Shown here piece by piece: positions 62,708 to 64,000 of a stretch of 64,000 nucleotides of DNA; within the stretch, counting starts at the first letter, position 1, and each line of letters opens with the position of its first letter. The stretch lies in assembly GCA_002269645.1 (NCBI GenBank), contig NIVC01000608.1:124001-188000 (forward strand). Direction: 5' to 3'. The position numbers and the translations under genes are program-made. The notes beneath the pieces are model-generated. The model searched no databases and was not told the DNA's origin. It worked only from the letters and a program-made list of their open reading frames with translations. Origin of the DNA: Macrostomum lignano (Eukaryota).

Positions 62708-64000
62708 ATGTCTAAAGAGATTGTTCGAGCTGTATCCAGGCAGCTGGACCACTATCTACGAGTGCAGAGACTGGAGGATTCATTTGATCTGTCAGGCGCT
62801 GGCCAGCCAATTGTCAATCATCCGAAGCTGCGCGAGCTGACGTTAATCAACACCCTGTCGCGGCATGACAGGCCCTTGAAGCACGAATTCAGCAGCAGCC
62901 AGATGCGAATTAAGCTGCGACACATGCATCCGCGCGAGGATCAGGAGGGCGGCAGAGCCGGCAGCAGCGGGCGCCGCCGGCCTACAAAACTGGAACGGTC
63001 TTACACACGCCAGCTAGAGAGCTACCTGAGCCCGCCTCGGCCGCGGCCTCGTTCTGCGGCGGCCTCGTTTGCAGCTGGCGGCCACGGCGGCGGCAGCGGA
63101 GGTCTCGGATGTCCACCAGTGCCGCTGCGCTCGGCGCCGCCGATTCCGTGCAGCCGTCGGGAGCGACGCCAGCTGGTGCGTCGCAGCGGAAAAATTCTCG
63201 GCTATTTGGCCTCGCCGCATCGCGACAAAAACGGCGGCGGTGCCAGTGCCGGAGCAGATCGAGCCGAAGACGCTCGCCCGTTGAACGAGATGATCGAGGA
63301 GCGAGTTCAACGCGAAGTCCGGCGCGGCAGGCGCAGCAGGCGCCACCGACGCGCGAGCAGCGCTGACGGGCATGATTTGTCTCTGCCTCCGTCCCAAAAG
63401 CTGGCGTCGCCAGAGCCGCCGCAAGAAGCCGGGGCCAGCAAAAGGGAAGCCAAGCGGAGTCCCCGCTCGGAACCGCAGGTTGTTTACCCGCTGCGCACCT
63501 ACTCGGTGACGTCCTGCCAGGGCACGCAGACCAGCAGCGAATATGACCAGTCGGCTGGCCCGGCTCCCGGGCCCCGGTGCCACGCCTACATTCTGTATGT
63601 GACCACCGGCGACCGGATCGGGGCGGGCACCAACGCGGCCGTCTCCGCGGTGCTGTACGGCGAGCTCGGCAGCTCCGGCCTGAGGCCGATCCCGCTGGCC
63701 AACAGTCTGACGCACAAGCGGCCGTTCAGGCGCGGTCGAACGGACAAATTCGTGTTGGAAAATCTGCCCGACCTGGGCGGCCTGCGGCGTCTGCGTGTCG
63801 GGCACGCATCCGACGCTTTAAATCACTGGTACCTGCACTCGGCGACGGTCGTCTGCCCTAGCGGCAACCGATGGTTCTTTCCCTGCAGGCAGTGGCTCAG
63901 CGACAAGTCGCCTGATGGCCTGTCGACGAGGACTCTCAACGTTGAGCTGGTGGGCAGCGGCGTCGGCGGAGGCAACAGCGGCGAGGCTGATGTGGAGGCG
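62708..64000 (+). CDS. PLAT/LH2-domain protein (LOXHD1-like domain), partial, runs off the window
   Basis: Open frame from ATG 62708 to the window end (431 codons; missing from the supplied ORF track). PLAT motif YILYVTTGDRIGAGTNAAVSAVLYGELGSSG..PFRRGRTDKF..LRRLRVGH..WYLHSA..WFFPCRQWL, after a long R/G/S/P-rich N-terminal region. Confidence 0.88.
   Translation, partial: MSKEIVRAVSRQLDHYLRVQRLEDSFDLSGAGQPIVNHPKLRELTLINTLSRHDRPLKHEFSSSQMRIKLRHMHPREDQEGGRAGSSGRRRPTKLERSYTRQLESYLSPPRPRPRSAAASFAAGGHGGGSGGLGCPPVPLRSAPPIPCSRRERRQLVRRSGKILGYLASPHRDKNGGGASAGADRAEDARPLNEMIEERVQREVRRGRRSRRHRRASSADGHDLSLPPSQKLASPEPPQEAGASKREAKRSPRSEPQVVYPLRTYSVTSCQGTQTSSEYDQSAGPAPGPRCHAYILYVTTGDRIGAGTNAAVSAVLYGELGSSGLRPIPLANSLTHKRPFRRGRTDKFVLENLPDLGGLRRLRVGHASDALNHWYLHSATVVCPSGNRWFFPCRQWLSDKSPDGLSTRTLNVELVGSGVGGGNSGEADVEA

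Noticed and set aside
63014-63805. 263-aa minus-strand ORF
   Set aside because: Antisense shadow of the GC-rich PLAT-domain CDS on the plus strand.

Overview
Eukaryotic (animal) genomic DNA, not prokaryotic: spliceosomal GT-AG introns, an OSBP gene, an SLC16 transporter gene, RPS17 and a PLAT-domain gene. An invertebrate host is likely; a Macrostomum-like flatworm is my low-confidence guess from style only. The window has two kinds of domain. AT-rich, CpG-poor blocks (~1-13.4 kb and ~54.8-62.7 kb) are packed with decayed cut-and-paste transposons: an intron-containing P element, two mariners, long-TIR foldback elements and nested hAT/MITE stacks with readable TSDs. A GC/CpG-rich gene block (~13.5-54.7 kb, resuming at 62.7 kb) has almost every long intron filled by its own minisatellite. 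By hand, keeping splice phases consistent, I assembled OSBP (8 exons, 876 aa, +), an SLC16/MCT transporter (5 exons, +, start uncertain), an unknown 4-exon 314-aa protein (-), a single-TM ORF (-), RPS17 (2 exons, 120 aa, -) and the start of a PLAT/LH2 protein (+). Most long ORFs in the supplied track are translated tandem repeats, not genes. Most notable observations: the compositional boundary runs through OSBP and flips its codon usage; a minisatellite multiplies an OSBP splice donor in frame; truncated TE pieces (Gypsy pol, a tyrosine recombinase) sit inside minisatellite arrays; a decayed 28S rRNA fragment lies upstream of RPS17; and there is a three-level nested transposon. I found no clear-cut novel multi-gene system; these are leads.
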